A stretch of 64,000 bases of DNA from Hemiscyllium ocellatum (taxonomy: Eukaryota): the NCBI RefSeq assembly GCF_020745735.1, contig NC_083408.1, positions 16,244,484-16,308,483 of the forward strand, written 5' to 3'. The position numbers and the translations under genes were made by a program. Positions 23,500 to 37,014 of the stretch are shown here, piece after piece. The notes beneath the pieces were generated by a model. It was not told the DNA's origin and did not search any database. It saw only the letters and a list, made by a program, of their open reading frames with translations. The stretch's first letter is position 1, and each line of letters begins with the position of its first letter.

Positions 23500-24430
23500 G
23501 TCTCATGAACGTGAGTCAATTTTTTTTGAAGTAACAGCAAAGAGGATTGATGAGGGCAAAGCATTGGAAATTATTTACATGGACTTCAGTCTGGCGTTCA
23601 AGAAGGTGCCCTATAGGAAACTGGTTAGCAAGGTTAGATCTCATGGAATACAGAGAGAACTAGCCATTTGGATACAAAACTGGCTCAAAGGTAGAGGACA
23701 GAGGGTGGTGGTGGAAGGTTGTTTTTCAGATTGTTGACCTGTGACCAGTAGGGTGTCACAAAGGATCAGTGCTGAATCCACTATTTTTTATAATTTATAT
23801 CAATGATTTGAATGTGAATATAGGAAGTATTGTTAGAACGGAACGATGACACCAAAATTGGAGGTGTAATGGACTGTGAAGAGAATGATGTCAGATGACA
23901 ACGGGAACTTGATCAGATGGTTGAATGTGCTGAGGACTGGCAGATGGAGTTTAATTTAGATAAATGTGAGGTGCTGCATTTTGGAAAAGCTAATATTTGC
24001 AGGGTGTATGCATTTAATAATAAGGTCCTCGGGAATGCTGCTGAACAAAGAGACATTGGTGTGCAGGTTCATAGCTCCTTGAAAGCAGAATCTCAGGTAG
24101 ATATGATAGTGAAGTTGTTCAGTACGCTTTCCTTTATTGGCCAGAACACTGAGTACAGGAGTTGGGAGGTCATATTGCGGCTGTACAGGACATTGGTTAG
24201 GCCACGCTTGGAATATTGCATGCAATTCTGGTCTCCTTCCTATCAAAACAATATTGTGAAACTTGAAAGGGGTCAGAAAAGAATTACAAGCATGTTGCCA
24301 GCGTTGGAGGATTTGAGGGAGAGGATGAGTACACTGTTTTCCCAGTAGCGTCAGAGACGCTGGGTGATCTTATAGAGGTTTATAAAATCAGTAGGGGCAT
24401 GGATAGGATAAATACATAAGGTCTTTTCCC
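23500..24430 (+). mobile_element. CR1 LINE ORF2 RT fragment
   Basis: IYMDFSLAFKKVPYRKLVSK; WQMEFNLDKCEVLHFG; LVRPRLEYCMQFWSP. Confidence 0.88.
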
Positions 24431-24599
24431 TGTGGTGGGAGGAGGCACGATTTTGGTTGCGAAACAAATGGGGGAGACCGAGAGGGGAGGGTGACCGTTA
24501 TTTTGTAGACATACAACACAACCCTATTCCTGATTTCTTCCCATCCCATTCAATCCCTCTGAAAGACTCAGAACAATTGCACAAACCCTAGAAATTAGA

Positions 24600-25300
24600 G
24601 CTTTAGGGTGATCAGCTGCTGAAGGTTGTATTTGGGACGCTGACCTTTGTTGGTCTGTGCACGTATCAATAAATGCATTTGGGTTCATGTCTGTTTGCCA
24701 CAGCAGCGCCTGTCTCCGACCCTGACTACTGCATTCCCTGTCACCATAGGTCTGCCTTTCTCCTTCCTCCAGTTCTGCGCAGCAGAGCTATCTGTGATGT
24801 CATGAACCTGGCTGTTGATTTCCCCTGAGTGTCCACCCCACCTGTTTTCCCTTATAGAATCAAAGCGGTGCACAATGTCTGTTTGAGAAGGGGAATGATC
24901 ACTGGGGCGACCTGCACTTCCTTCCTGAGTCTTTTACTTGATCTGATGGTCACCCATTTCCTTTCCTTTCTGTACCCCTCAACTGCAGTATGACTAACTC
25001 ACTAAACGTGCTGTCCATAACATTCTCAGTATCGCAGATTCTCAACAGTGATTCCACTCTCAGCTCCAGATCTGAAAAGCAGTTTCTCATTAGCTGCAGA
25101 TGGACATACTTCCTGCACACATAGCCGTCAGGGAGACTGGAAGCGTCTCACATATTGTACAAGACGGGCACACCACGGGTCTGAGGGCTCCGGTCATAAC
25201 GTTTCTCTAGTTTCAGCGAGTTACTCCAATTAGAGAATTTAAATGAACTAGCAACCTTCCTTCACTTCAAACGTTTCCATTATAATCAAAAACCCTGATC
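24600..25300 (-). mobile_element. CR1 5' region (ORF1/5'UTR) remnant
   Basis: Minus-strand text resembles CR1 ORF1 (CLRCVQ..., AVVIGDSIVRG-like motifs); degenerate. Confidence 0.5.
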
Positions 25301-25959
25301 TTTATTAAACTGACATTCTATTCTTTTAAAAACTGTTTAAAACATCTCAGCAGGTTTCACTTACGAACTGACTATTCCCATGGTGAATTTCTGAATGGCC
25401 TGAACTAAAACTGAAGTTAAGTTTCACCTTTTCTCTGTCTCACCTCGCTCTGTTTACACTCAACTCCAAAACACGCATTGAGCCAAGCAGCACTCTCATT
25501 GCAGCCCTGTCATTTTCATTGTCTGCTCTCGTTTGCACTGCCCTCAGCCTCATGTACTGTTCCAATGCATCTCAGTGGGAGTTCAGGAACTGCATCTCAT
25601 CTTTCAGTTCAGCCCTTTGTAACCCCAGAGTCAACATAGACTTCAGCAGTTTCTACATCAACAGACAGTTGTCAGAATCTGGAACATTCCACCTGAAATG
25701 GTGCTGGAATTTGAGTTCATAAGGAATTTTAATGAGAACTTTGCAGTGAATTGAAATAAGGAGTTCGCAGGTTAACATCTTGAAGTGGGAGATTGGGTCT
25801 AAATCTGACAGTTCCTATAAAGAGACGAGGTGTAATTTGGATAAATCTGTGCTCCCTCTCAGCTCAATATCTCCTTCCTCAGCTGCAGGGCCCAGAACAG
25901 AGCACAACCTCAAGGGTGATCCAACCACAAATTTTAACATCTTTCTGTTTTATGCTTGA

Positions 25960-26120
25960 AAAAAATAGATACTTTTCCACAGACCGAACAGACACACATT
26001 TCTCCTTCCACAGTTAAATGTGAATGGTATTCAGATCCTGATGACCCTGCTGACGATAGAAAATTGCTTTCGAGATCCCTGTCTCAATTATTCTCAATTA
26101 ATATCCGATAAAATGAATTC
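25960..26120 (-). pseudogene. Decayed zinc-finger gene 5' coding exon
   Basis: Minus strand TCATCAGGATCTGAATACC..GTGGAAGGAGAAATGTGTGTCTGTTCGGTCTGTGGAAAA (EGEMCVCSVCGK). Confidence 0.6.
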
Positions 26121-26699
26121 ACAAAACAAAGCTCACAGTCAATGCAAGATGAATAGTGAAGGCAAACACTTCTCTTGGTATGTGTTTGATGTGCAAATGC
26201 TCCTCTTCAAATCGCCCCGCCTACATCCAGGAAGAGGACATGTCCATGTGCCTCGCTGTACCTTGACCCCATTAACAATTGAGGCCACATCCCAGGACCT
26301 AACACTGGCTGAGGCCCACAGCTATTTTCCCAATTTCTCCAAACATGGGACCAAGAGTTTCTAATTCAGGCCTAAATACCTGTACAGAGTGTAATTAAAC
26401 CCTCCCAGTCTAAACTGTATCCAACTCCCCTTTCCTGCTTCCTCCTCCTCCTCACACCAAGGGTCATTCTTGGTCCAGTGGCCCTTCCTCAGAACAGACG
26501 GCAGCTGAGAAAATTATAATCAGGCCATTCTGCCCAACAAGTCCAAACCAACCCTCTGAAGAGTTTCTCAACCAAACCCATTCTCCGACCCTATTATTCC
26601 CCTGACTAATGCACCTAACCTATACATCCTGGGCACTACGGGAAATTTAGCTTGGCCAATTCACCGAGCCTGCATATCTTTGGACTGCAGGAGATAGGA

Positions 26700-28490
26700 G
26701 TTAAAGACTAAAATAATAGGTGGGGACAGAGCCCAAGAGTGACAGCAACATTTGGAAAGGCGAAGGAGTGAATAACAATCTGCCTGGGAGGGTGCATAGC
26801 TATTAATGGAGGGGACAGGAACCTGTGTCCGGCAGCAGCTCAGTGGAGCTGGTGGAAATGGCAGCTGATGATCTACGTTCTGCTGCAAAACAGACTCTGA
26901 GCTTCCAGTTGCCTATCACTTTAACACACGAGTCTGTTCCCTGGCTAACATCTCTGTCTCTTGCTAAATGCAGTGTTCCAGTGAATCTTGATGCAAGCTG
27001 GCAGAACACTCGAGAACAAACCAAAACGCCCCGTATTTCATGGACTGCCATTTCCCTTCCCATTTGGAAATACTCTCCTGTGTATCTCCACCAATTCCCA
27101 CACCTCTATCATTGAACCACAACTCTCCAACTGCATCAAGGATGGAACCCCCAGTCCTCACCTTCCACCCAGGTACAATGCTCATACTCCGCCATTTCCA
27201 CGACCGACAATCAGATCCCACCAGAGATATATTTCCCGCTCCATTCCTTTCAGCATTCCGCAAAGACCATTCCCTGTGAATTCCTAGTCAGATCCATGCT
27301 CCTCACCAACTCACCCTCCACTCCCAGCACCTTCACTTGTCAATGCAGAGGTGTTAAACGTGTCCCCACACCTCCCCCCTCACCTCCAAAGGGCCCTTCC
27401 ACATCCAGCAGAGATTTTCCTGCACTTCCAAACACCTCACCTATTATGGCCTTTGCTTTCGATGTGGTCTCCTCTCCACTGAGGATTCACGACACCAACT
27501 TGCAGAATGTTTCAGGGAACATTTCTGGTACGCATGCACCAAACAACCCCACCATACTGTGGCCGACCACTTCAACTTCCCCAACAATTCCGCCAAGGAC
27601 TTTCAAGTCCTGGGATGCCTCCACCACCAAATCCCAGCCACGCGACCCTGCAGGAAGAAAACCTCATTTTCCACATTGGGACCCTTTAACCACAGAATCA
27701 AGTTTTCCTCATCTCCCCTCCCCTATTTATCCCAGATCCAACACTCCAACTCTGCACCATGTTCTTGAATTGTCCCACCTGTCCATCTTCCTTTCTAATT
27801 ATCCACTCCACCCTCTCTCCATTACCCTCCACCTACATCTACCTTATGCCTTCCTAGCTCCCCTCCCACCAACTCCACACATCCCTCTTATTTATCTCCC
27901 TGCCCTCTTACTCCCCCCGGCAGTCCTGAGGAAAGCAATATGCCCAAAGTGTCGATTCTCCTGCTCATGAGATGCTGCCTGAACTTCTATGCTTTTCCGG
28001 CGCCACATTTTAACGTATGATGGAAGAACAGTACCTCATCTTCTACTTGGGTACCCTGCATTCCTCTAGCCCCAGTATCAAATTCAATAAGTTGAGGTCC
28101 TGAACTCTCCAATGTCCTAGCGCCTTCGCCTCTTTACCCATAAACCTGGGCTTGTTATCACATAGCCTGCCATTACACACTACCTATGGTTAGCCACTAA
28201 CAGTACCCATAAGCAGCGATTCACCCGCCCCCAGCCAGATCGTTGTCCACTCCTTTGTCCAACTGCTCCCATCTCTTTATTTGGACTCTATCACCACCGA
28301 TCATTTACTCCTTAACCCCTACGTTCTGCATATAAACCGAAATTTCTTTTCAGTACAATCAGTTCTGAGGAAGGGTCAGCGGATCCAAAATGTTCACTCT
28401 GATTTCTCTTCACAGATGCTGCCTGACTTGCTGAGCTTTACCAGTACCTTTTGGTTATTGTGTGAGATTTACAGCATCCGCAGTTCTTTT
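26700..28490 (+). mobile_element. Nested PLE fragments: one PLE (~27040-28000) inside another (26700-27010 plus 28020-28490); each ends in a degenerate hammerhead (27924-27960, 28361-28398)
   Basis: GIY-YIG tail LPVAYHFNT.....QCSSES..KLAEH resumes as GGAAGAACAGTACCTCATC at 28020. Motifs CTGAGGA-A-AGC..GCCC-AAAGTGTC-GATT and AGTT-CTGAGGA-A-GGGTC-AGCG-GATCC-AAAATGTT-CACT. Confidence 0.7.
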
Positions 28491-28559
28491 CTTCTAAGTT
28501 ATCAGGATTTTCTAATTCAGGTCTAACAGCTTAAAACAGTACGTTTATAAACCCTCTCA

Positions 28560-28790
28560 ATCCACACAAACTCCATTTCTCTCCCAGTCTCTGCTGCCTC
28601 TCTCACTCCCCAACATTCACTGAGACCCCCTCACACTGACACTGCACCTGCACAGCTCATGGTCACGTGTTGGCCCACTGGACGCACTGCTCATTCAATC
28701 CCATTGGCTGGAGGATCACACCAACTCTCCTATTGGTCTGAAACTGCCGGCAATCACCCGGGCCCCATTGTGACACGAGTGCTGCGTTCC
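28560..28790 (-). promoter_or_regulatory. CCAAT-box promoter-like module, possibly with exon 1 of the minus-strand ZNF remnant at 26120
   Basis: ATTGG at 28703 and 28732; module similar to 8930-8970 and 9003-9045. The link to the ZNF remnant is inference. Confidence 0.35.
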
Positions 28791-29999
28791 TGCCAGGAGC
28801 ATTGGAGGCTGAAGGGTAAACTTACAGATGTTTATTAAATCATGAGGCGCATGGATAGGATAAATAAACAAGGTATTGTCCCTGAGGTGGGGGTGTCCAG
28901 AACCAGAAGACTTATGTTAAATGTAAGAGGAGAAAGATTTAAAAGGGATCCGAGTATCAACTGTTTTCACAGCGGGTGGTGCGTATATGGGATATTCTGT
29001 CAGGGGAAGTAATGGAGGTTGGTACAATTGTACCATTTGGCATCTGAATGGATATACGAATTGGAAGGGTGTCGTGGTATGTGTGCCAAGTGTTGGCAAA
29101 TGTTACGAGATTAGGTTAGGATATCTGGTCAGCAAGGATTAGTTTGACCAAAGAGCTTGTTTTCATGATGTACATATGTATGGCTCTGCCCTAGCATGAG
29201 CCTCAACATTCACAGTTTAATGAGGCAGATTCACTGATCCCAGGGGTTGGGGGCTAGTCAGCCCATCGGGGCTGTACTCTCTCCCTCTGTAGATGGTGCC
29301 AATCTGTCCCAACTCAGCTCCGATTTGCCTTTGGTCCTCCAAATCCTTCCTTAAAAAACAGCTAAATTGCAAATTTGTTTTGACATTAACTACTGAATCT
29401 GCATCCAGCTGTCGTTCAAACTGTTCCAGATGCTCAGAAACTATGGACTAAAATAATCTTCACATTTTAAGTCTGCATTATTTGCCAATTACTTGAAAGT
29501 AGTTACTAAAAATTGTGACGTTAATAATTTCTCCCTCTGTATCTCTGTAAATTAAATATCCTGGAAAGAAATATGCTCCTGGTTGAAATCACTACTTAAC
29601 CTGGAAAGTATAAGCGAAACATGATGAAGATACATTGTTAAGATGTATTTACAAGAATGGAATGCACTTATGGATAATGAAAGAAGTTACAAAGGGGAAC
29701 ATCGAGGTAAGAGTTTAGCCTTATGACAGCACGTGCAAGGGGGAAATTACCAACTTGGAAAGAAAGGGGCAATGGGCGTGGAGCATAGATGGGTAGAGGC
29801 ATAATAGTAAGAGAGATTGGGTAATTAGGAGTCTGGAGAGATGTTCTCACTCAGCTCGAAGGGTATAACTGTACACTAACCGAAGTTCTAATTTGCTTTC
29901 ATTTGCTTATGCAATTGAAGCCCCGACTTGCAAGTTCGTAATAAATTGTCTTGTTTCCAGCTTTGGTGGTCTCGTCTAAATTTTATTGAATTTTGTTTC

Positions 30000-32160
30000 T
30001 AACAGTGTCATCGAGATGTACAGCACACAAAACAACCGTTCGGTCCAACTTGTCCATGCCGATCAGATAGTCTAAATTAATCTCGTCCCATTTGTCAGCA
30101 CTTTTCCCATATCCGTCTAAAACTTTCCTAATCACTTACCCAATAAGATGCCTTTTAAATATTGCAATTGGACGAGCATCCACATTTTCTCTGGCAGCTC
30201 ATTCCATACACATACCACGTTCAACTTGAAAACATTGCCGGTCAGATACCTTATAAATCTTTTCCCTCACTCCTTAAGCCTGTGTCCCATAGATTTGCAC
30301 TCACCTAACCAGGCTTTAAGACCCTGGTTATTCACTCTATCCATGTCCCTCACAATTGTATCAACCACTGAGGAGAAAGTAAGGACAGCAGATGCTCTAT
30401 TTCATAGTTTAAAAATGTGTTGCTGGAAAAGCGCAGCAGGTCGGGCAGCATTAAAAGAACAGGAGAACAGGAATTCATGAAGAAGGGCTTATGCCCAAAA
30501 ACGTCGATTTCCCTGTTCCTTTGACACTGCCTGACCTGCTGCGCTTTTCCAGCAACATCTTTTGGAGTTATCAACCACTGAGGTCACCTCTCAGCATCCG
30601 ATGTTCCAGGGAAAACAGCCCCAGCCTACTCAGCCTATCCCTATAGTGCTGAAACCTTAAACCCTGGTAACATCTTTTCTGAATCCTTTCAAGTTTCACA
30701 ATATCATTCAGGTAGCGGGGAGACCAGGACTGAAAGCAGAATTCCAGAAGTGGCTGAATCAATGTCCTGTACCGCCACAAAATGATGTCACAACTCCTGT
30801 ACTCAATGCAATGACCAATTAAGGCAAGGATACAAATCGCCTTCTTCACTGTCTATAATTCCACTTTCAAGTAACTATGAATCTGTACTCAAAGATCTCT
30901 TTGTTCAGCAACACTCCCCAGAACCTTCTCATTAAATGTAGAAGTCCTACCTTGATTTGCTTTTCCAAAATGGAGCACCTCACATTTTTCAGAATTAAAC
31001 TCCATTCTGCCACTCCTCAGCCCATTTGCTTGAAGTCCTATTGTACTCTGAGGTAATCTTCTTCCCTGTCCACTGCATCTCCAATTTTGATATCTATGTA
31101 AAGTCACTAACCATACCTCCTATATTCACATATAAATCATTTATAAAAATAATGAAAAGCAACCTTCCTTACAGCATATTGTTCGTATAACATAGAACAA
31201 TAAAGTGCAGTACAGGTTCTTCGGCCCTCGATGTTGCTCCGACCTGTCGTACCAATCTGAAGCCCATCTAACTTACACTATTCCATGTACGTCCATATGC
31301 TTGTCCAATAACGACTTAAATGTACTTAAAGTCTGCTACCGGCGAATCTACTACTGTTGCCGACAAAGCATTCCATACCCTTACTACTCTCTGAGTAAAG
31401 TAACTACCTCTGACAACTGTCCTGTATCCATCACCCCTCAATTTAAAGCTATGCACGCTCGTGCTCGCCGTCACCATTCTTGGGAAAAGGTTTTCCCTAT
31501 CCACCCTACCTAACCCTCTGATTATCTTATATGTCTCTATTAAGCCACCTCTTAACCTTCTTCTTTCTAACGAAAACAGCCTCAAGCCCCTCAGCCTTTC
31601 CTCGTAAGAACCAGGGAACATCCTCGTAAATTTCCTCTGCTCCCTCCCCTCATTCTTCTTATAATGTGGTGACCAGAACTGTACACAGTACTCCAAGTGC
31701 AGCTGCACTAGAGTTTTGTACAGCTGTCGCATAACCTCATGGTTCTGGAACTCGATCCCTCTATTAATAAAAGATTAAACATTGTATGCCTTCTAAACAA
31801 CCCGGTCAACCTGCATGACAACTTTCAAGGATCTGTGTACTTGGACACTGAGATCTCTCTGCTCATCTACACTACCAAGAATCATACCATTAGCCCAGCA
31901 GTTTGCATTCCGATTACTCCAACCAAAGTGAATCACCTCACACTTGCCCGCATTAAACTCCGTTTGCCACCTCTCAGCCCAGCTCTGCAGCTTATCTAAG
32001 TCACTCTGTAACTTACAACCTCCTTCGTCACTATCCACAGCTCCAACGACCTTAGTGTTGTCTGCAAATGTACTCACGCACCCTTCTACGCCCTCATCTA
32101 GGTCGTTTATAAAAATGACGAACAGCAGTAGACCCAACATCGACCATTGCGATACACTAC
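30000..32160 (-). mobile_element. Two tandem minus-strand CR1 3' halves
   Basis: LGLLLFVIFINDLDEGVEGCVSTFADNTK; LVQLHLEYCVQFWSPHY; 3' tails at ~30010 and ~31190. Confidence 0.88.
30374..30568. mobile_element. Tail-to-tail hairpin PLE-derived insertion with a central mutated hammerhead (30471-30512) and a perfect 15-bp TSD
   Basis: TATCAACCACTGAGG at 30359-30373 and 30569-30583. Arms ATGTGTTGCTGGAAAAGCGCAGCAGGTC and GACCTGCTGCGCTTTTCCAGCAACAT. Centre GGAATTC-ATGAAGA-A-GGGC-TTAT-GCCC-AAAAACGTC-GATTTCC. Confidence 0.85.
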
Positions 32161-33545
32161 TGGTAACATGGAGTATTTGCCCTGGGAGTATTCAGCATTG
32201 ACTCTGGTTACCAGGAAGTCTCATGGCTCCTGCTGATATCTAAGTACCGTCCTCCCTAGGCTGATGAATCGGTTCTCCTTCATGTTGAACAACACTCGGA
32301 GGAAGCACTAAGGAATTAAAATGGTGTCAAACGTACTCTGGGTACAGGATTTCTATATCCACAATCGAGATTAGCTCTGCAACAGAATTACTGACTGAGC
32401 TGGTCAGGTCCTAAAGGATATTGCTGCTCAACTGAGTCTCAGCAGGTCGTGAGGGAACCAACAAGAGGTTAAAAACATACTTAATCTCGTTGTTATGAAT
32501 TGACCAGCTGCAGATATACCTGTCCATGACAGTATTAGTATGAGCGACCATCACACATCTCCTTTGGAGACAAAGTCTTGCCTTAAATTTAAGAAAAATC
32601 GCCACTGTGTTGAGTGGCAATATCACTGTCATAAATTGGATAGACTTTTAAGAGATGTAGGATCTAAAACTGGACATCTCTGAGGCACTATGGGACATCA
32701 ACAGCAGCAGAACTGTACTTCAGCACAATCTGTAATCTCATGGGTTTGGAAATCCCGCTTTCACCCATCACAATGGGCAAGAAAGGAGGGCATCCCATGA
32801 GCTGCACCAGGCAGAACTAAAAATGAAGTGCCAACCTGGTGAAGCTGCCAACAGGACTACATGCATATCAAACAGCATCAGCAGCAAGCAACAGAGGTAA
32901 GTGATCCTACATCCAATGGGTCAGATCTGAGCTGTGCAGTTCTGGCACACCCAGTTGTGAACGGTGATGGACAATTAACCCACTAACTGGAATAAGCATC
33001 AGATATCCTCACCATTACTGACAGAGGGGCCTCTCATATACATGCACCAGATAAAACAGCATTTGCAGCAATTTTCAGCCAGACGTGCCAAGTGGATGAT
33101 CCATCTCAGCGCTCTCTACTGGTTTCTAACATCACAGATGCGATATTTAAGCCAGTTCGATTCAGTGTGAATAACATCAAGCAATGGTTAAGTAGTGCAA
33201 AGACTACGGGCCCTGCGAATAATACTGATGGCTTGTGCTCCAGAACTTGCCACTCACCAAGCCAAATACCGCTCCAGCACTGGCATCGACCAACAATGTA
33301 GAACAGGCATGTTCAGGTCAAAAACAACGGGCAATCCAACCCAGACAATTTCTTTCTATCAGTCAACACTCGATCAGCAGTAAAGTTATGGAAGATGTCA
33401 TTAACAAGGCTATCAAGCAGCATCTGCTCAGCAACAGCCAACCGAGAGACTTCTCGGTTTTTAGGCTTCACCAGGGCCACTCAACTCCCGATTGTGATAC
33501 TGCCCTGATTCACAATCTGACAACCAGTTGAATCCCAGAGGTGCG
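32160..33545 (+). mobile_element. Old L2/CR1-clade LINE ORF2 fragment
   Basis: Degenerate APE-RT linker (GPANNT..CAPELATH; ISQHSISSKVMEDVINKAIKQHLLSN). A related fragment lies at ~10330-10760. Confidence 0.6.
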
Positions 33546-35384
33546 ATGAGTGTGGTAGCTCAGTCTCACTCCAAGACCACTATTTCTAGCTAGTTCTACC
33601 CTCATCTCAGCTCATATACTCCCATTCATCTTGTGTTATCTGCGGACGTCATTATCCAAACATACTCCTGGCCAGCTTCCCACATTCAACCTCACTGTAA
33701 TCTCAAGAAAACCTAAATCTCTGCTGCCCAAGTCCTCCCTTATACCAGAAATTATTGATCCATCAAAAGGCTCCCTTTCATAAGCAACAACATAGAGCCA
33801 TAGAGACGTACAGCATGGAAATAGACCCTTAGATCCAACCCATCCATGCCAACCAGATATCCCAACCCAATCTGGTCTCACCTGCCAGCACCCGGCCCAC
33901 AACCCTCAATTTAAAATTCTCACCCTTGATTTAATTCCTAGCTGTGAACATCCCTAACTCGCTGCATCACATACCCTTTGAGACCTTGCCAACCATTCTG
34001 TTCGAGACTATCTTGAGAGTAGAGATTAAGTCGTTTTGGCCTATACTCGTTGGAACATAGAAGATTCAATGGTGACATTCTGAAACATCCATTATTTTCA
34101 GGAAACTTGATGGCGTAGATGCAGAAATGTTGTTTCCCCTCGTGGGACAGTTTCGGAGCAGGGGGTAGAATCTCTGAATTGGAGGTCACAAATTTCAGGC
34201 AGAACAGAAATTTTTCTCCCAGAATGTAGTGAATCTGTGGAATTCGTTTCCACAGAACACTGTCAAGTTTGGGTCATTCAGTATTTTTAAGGCTGAAATG
34301 GGCAGGTTTTGATATGGTAATTGAATACAGTGTTGAGACCAACAACAATCTGTCCGTTTGTTCTTGATGCTCTCAGTGTGTGGTCACCCTCAGAGAAAAG
34401 AAGATTATTTGTGCTGATAACACGGAAAGTAGTGTCTGGTGCACCATTTTCAACTGACACACAGCTTCCTGTTTCGATGTGCCAGCAGCAAGACACATAT
34501 CTCACTTCTGATCAGAAAATAAACCCAGGGGACGCAATCTGATGGAAACATCTGTCAATGTGACCTATGTCAGGACACAGAGTGTGAAGCGATCGCATTG
34601 AAGTGACATTTGCAAATCGACTTTTCAATCTCTATTTCACGGTCTGATTCTAGGACGTAATTGGACGAGTCTCATGACCATGTAACAAGCTCATTCGATT
34701 CACTAACGTCTGGAGCACATCGACATGCATCTTTTCATGTCATTAATCATGTGCTACTTGTTACTCTTTCTTCAGATTTAATGTTCCCAGTTTTAGATTC
34801 TGTCTTCTGTATTCATCGCCTCCTCAGCTGAATACATTCCGTTTGATTTATTTCCTAGATTTTGATCAAAGTAAACAAATAATACAGTTTAGTACAGACA
34901 GATATGTTGGTGTGTCCGGTTAACAGAATCAATATATGGAGAGATCACCTTGTCTGGATCTAAATCTGACCGACATTGAAGTCAAATAAAGCACAGCAAT
35001 GTATGGTTTCAAACTTTGCAAATCCTCTCCCTTTGAAAGAGCTTGTTGTAACGATTAATTATTTTCTTGATTCATTCAGAAACTATGACGAAAAATCCCT
35101 ATTTTTAACAATGTTCCAAATATTATTAAAAGTTGCAGCACTGGAATTTCTTTCAGTGAGCTTTGTGGTGTTTAAATGTTCTGATCAAAAAGACTTAAAC
35201 ATTGGTTTCTCCGAGTTCCCAGCCATTGCCCTTGCAGTTCCATAATAGCTGCAAGCTATTGATAAGCCCCAGAATGAACAGAATGTCCAGGTCCTGTACA
35301 CATCCATATGCCATGATGTCGGCTTCGAAGTTCTCCATTTCTTCCCGTCACGCCAAACCAAGCAGTATCCTTCCACTCACACTC

Positions 35385-36435
35385 TTATTTGTTTGGCTGA
35401 AGTGCTCAACCCTCAACTACATTTCCTTCCAATCCTCCCACTTCCTCCAAACCAAAGGGGTATCCATGGGCACCTGTATGGATCCCAGCTATGACTGCTT
35501 CTTCGTCAGATATATGGAACAGTCAATCTTCCACAGCTACACCGGTATCATTGCCCACGTTTACCTCTGCTACATTGATGACTGTATCAACGCCACCTCA
35601 TTCTACCACTAGGAGCCTCAACAGTTCATCAACTTCACGAAAACATTCCACCCTGATCTAAACTTCACAGGGACCATCTCGGACACCTCTCTCCCTTTCC
35701 TAGACATCTCCACCTCTATCTCCAGTGATCGACTAAACATTTACTGCAAGCCCAACTACTCCCACAGCGACCTGAACTACACCTCCTCCCACCGACCTCC
35801 TGTAAAGACGCCATCCCTTATTCTCAATTCCTCTGCCTCCACTGCATCTGCTCCCAGGAGGACCAGGTCCACCATAAAGCATCCCAGAAAACCTCATTTT
35901 TCAAAGACAGGAATTTCCCCTCTCACGTGGTTGACGATGCCCTTGAACCCCACCCCTACAATAGCAACAGGTAGCCATCCTGGCCCTCACCTTCCACCGC
36001 ACCAACCTCGCATACATCATATCATCGTCTGCTGTTTCCACCACCTGCAAACAGACCCCCATCACTCGAGGGATATTTTCCTCCCTACTCCTATCTGCAT
36101 TCCGGAGACACCATTTCTTCCGCGACTCCCTCGTCAGGTCCACCCCCCACCCACACCAGCACACTCCCCACCCCTGTTACCTTCCCCTGCAAAACCTGCG
36201 CCCACTCATCCCCCTCATCTCTGACAAAGCCTCAAATGATCTTTCCACATCCCAGTGAAATTTACCTATACTTCCACAAATGTCATCCAACTTGTCTGTT
36301 CAACCTGATGTGGTCTCCTGTCCTTCAGGGAGGCAGAGCACGACCTTGCGGATCATTTCAGAGAACATCTCTGGGACACCCGCGTCAACCAAACTCACGG
36401 CCCCGTGGCTGAACACTTCAACGCCCACTCCCACT
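35385..36435 (+). mobile_element. Penelope-like element fragment (RT + GIY-YIG), degenerate
   Basis: LNYISFQSSHFLQTKGVSMGTCMDPSY...LCYIDDCI; later FREHLWDTR..VAEHFN. Confidence 0.82.
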
Positions 36436-37014
36436 CCACCAAGAACAGGCTGATCATATTATGTTCATTTCCGAGGAATAAATACAAAATAACCGAGCCT
36501 GAATTTGGGATATCAAACGGATTTATTTCGATCCAAGCATGAACAGAGTATTTTTAAATAACAGGTGGAGAGATTTACTTCCTGAAAAAGCAGCTTAAGT
36601 GACATAATCTGGCACCAAACAGAGTTTGGTCAATACTGAGTTAAAAATACAGCATACAGTCTTGGGTGGAATAAATAAATAAATTATCTTAGCCTCGGCA
36701 CAAGATAAAGTGTATTACTATGAACAAAGACACAAGTATTTTAGTATACAATAGAAAAGTAATTTATAGTGTATTGAAATGCAAACTGAGATGTAATTGT
36801 GTGTCGACACATTTTTCCTAGCTGAATTAATTATTTCAAAAATGCTTTTGTTAAATTTCATGTATCACTCATTGGTCCATTCGACGAATCTTGCTCGGCC
36901 CTTGTTAAATTCTGAACCATCGCCTTCCTGGTTCACATTGTTTGCGAGGTTCATGTTGCAGCAAATTGTGAAGTTGTGCACTGTATGCCAATGTCTTAGT
37001 TAAAAAAAATAAAG

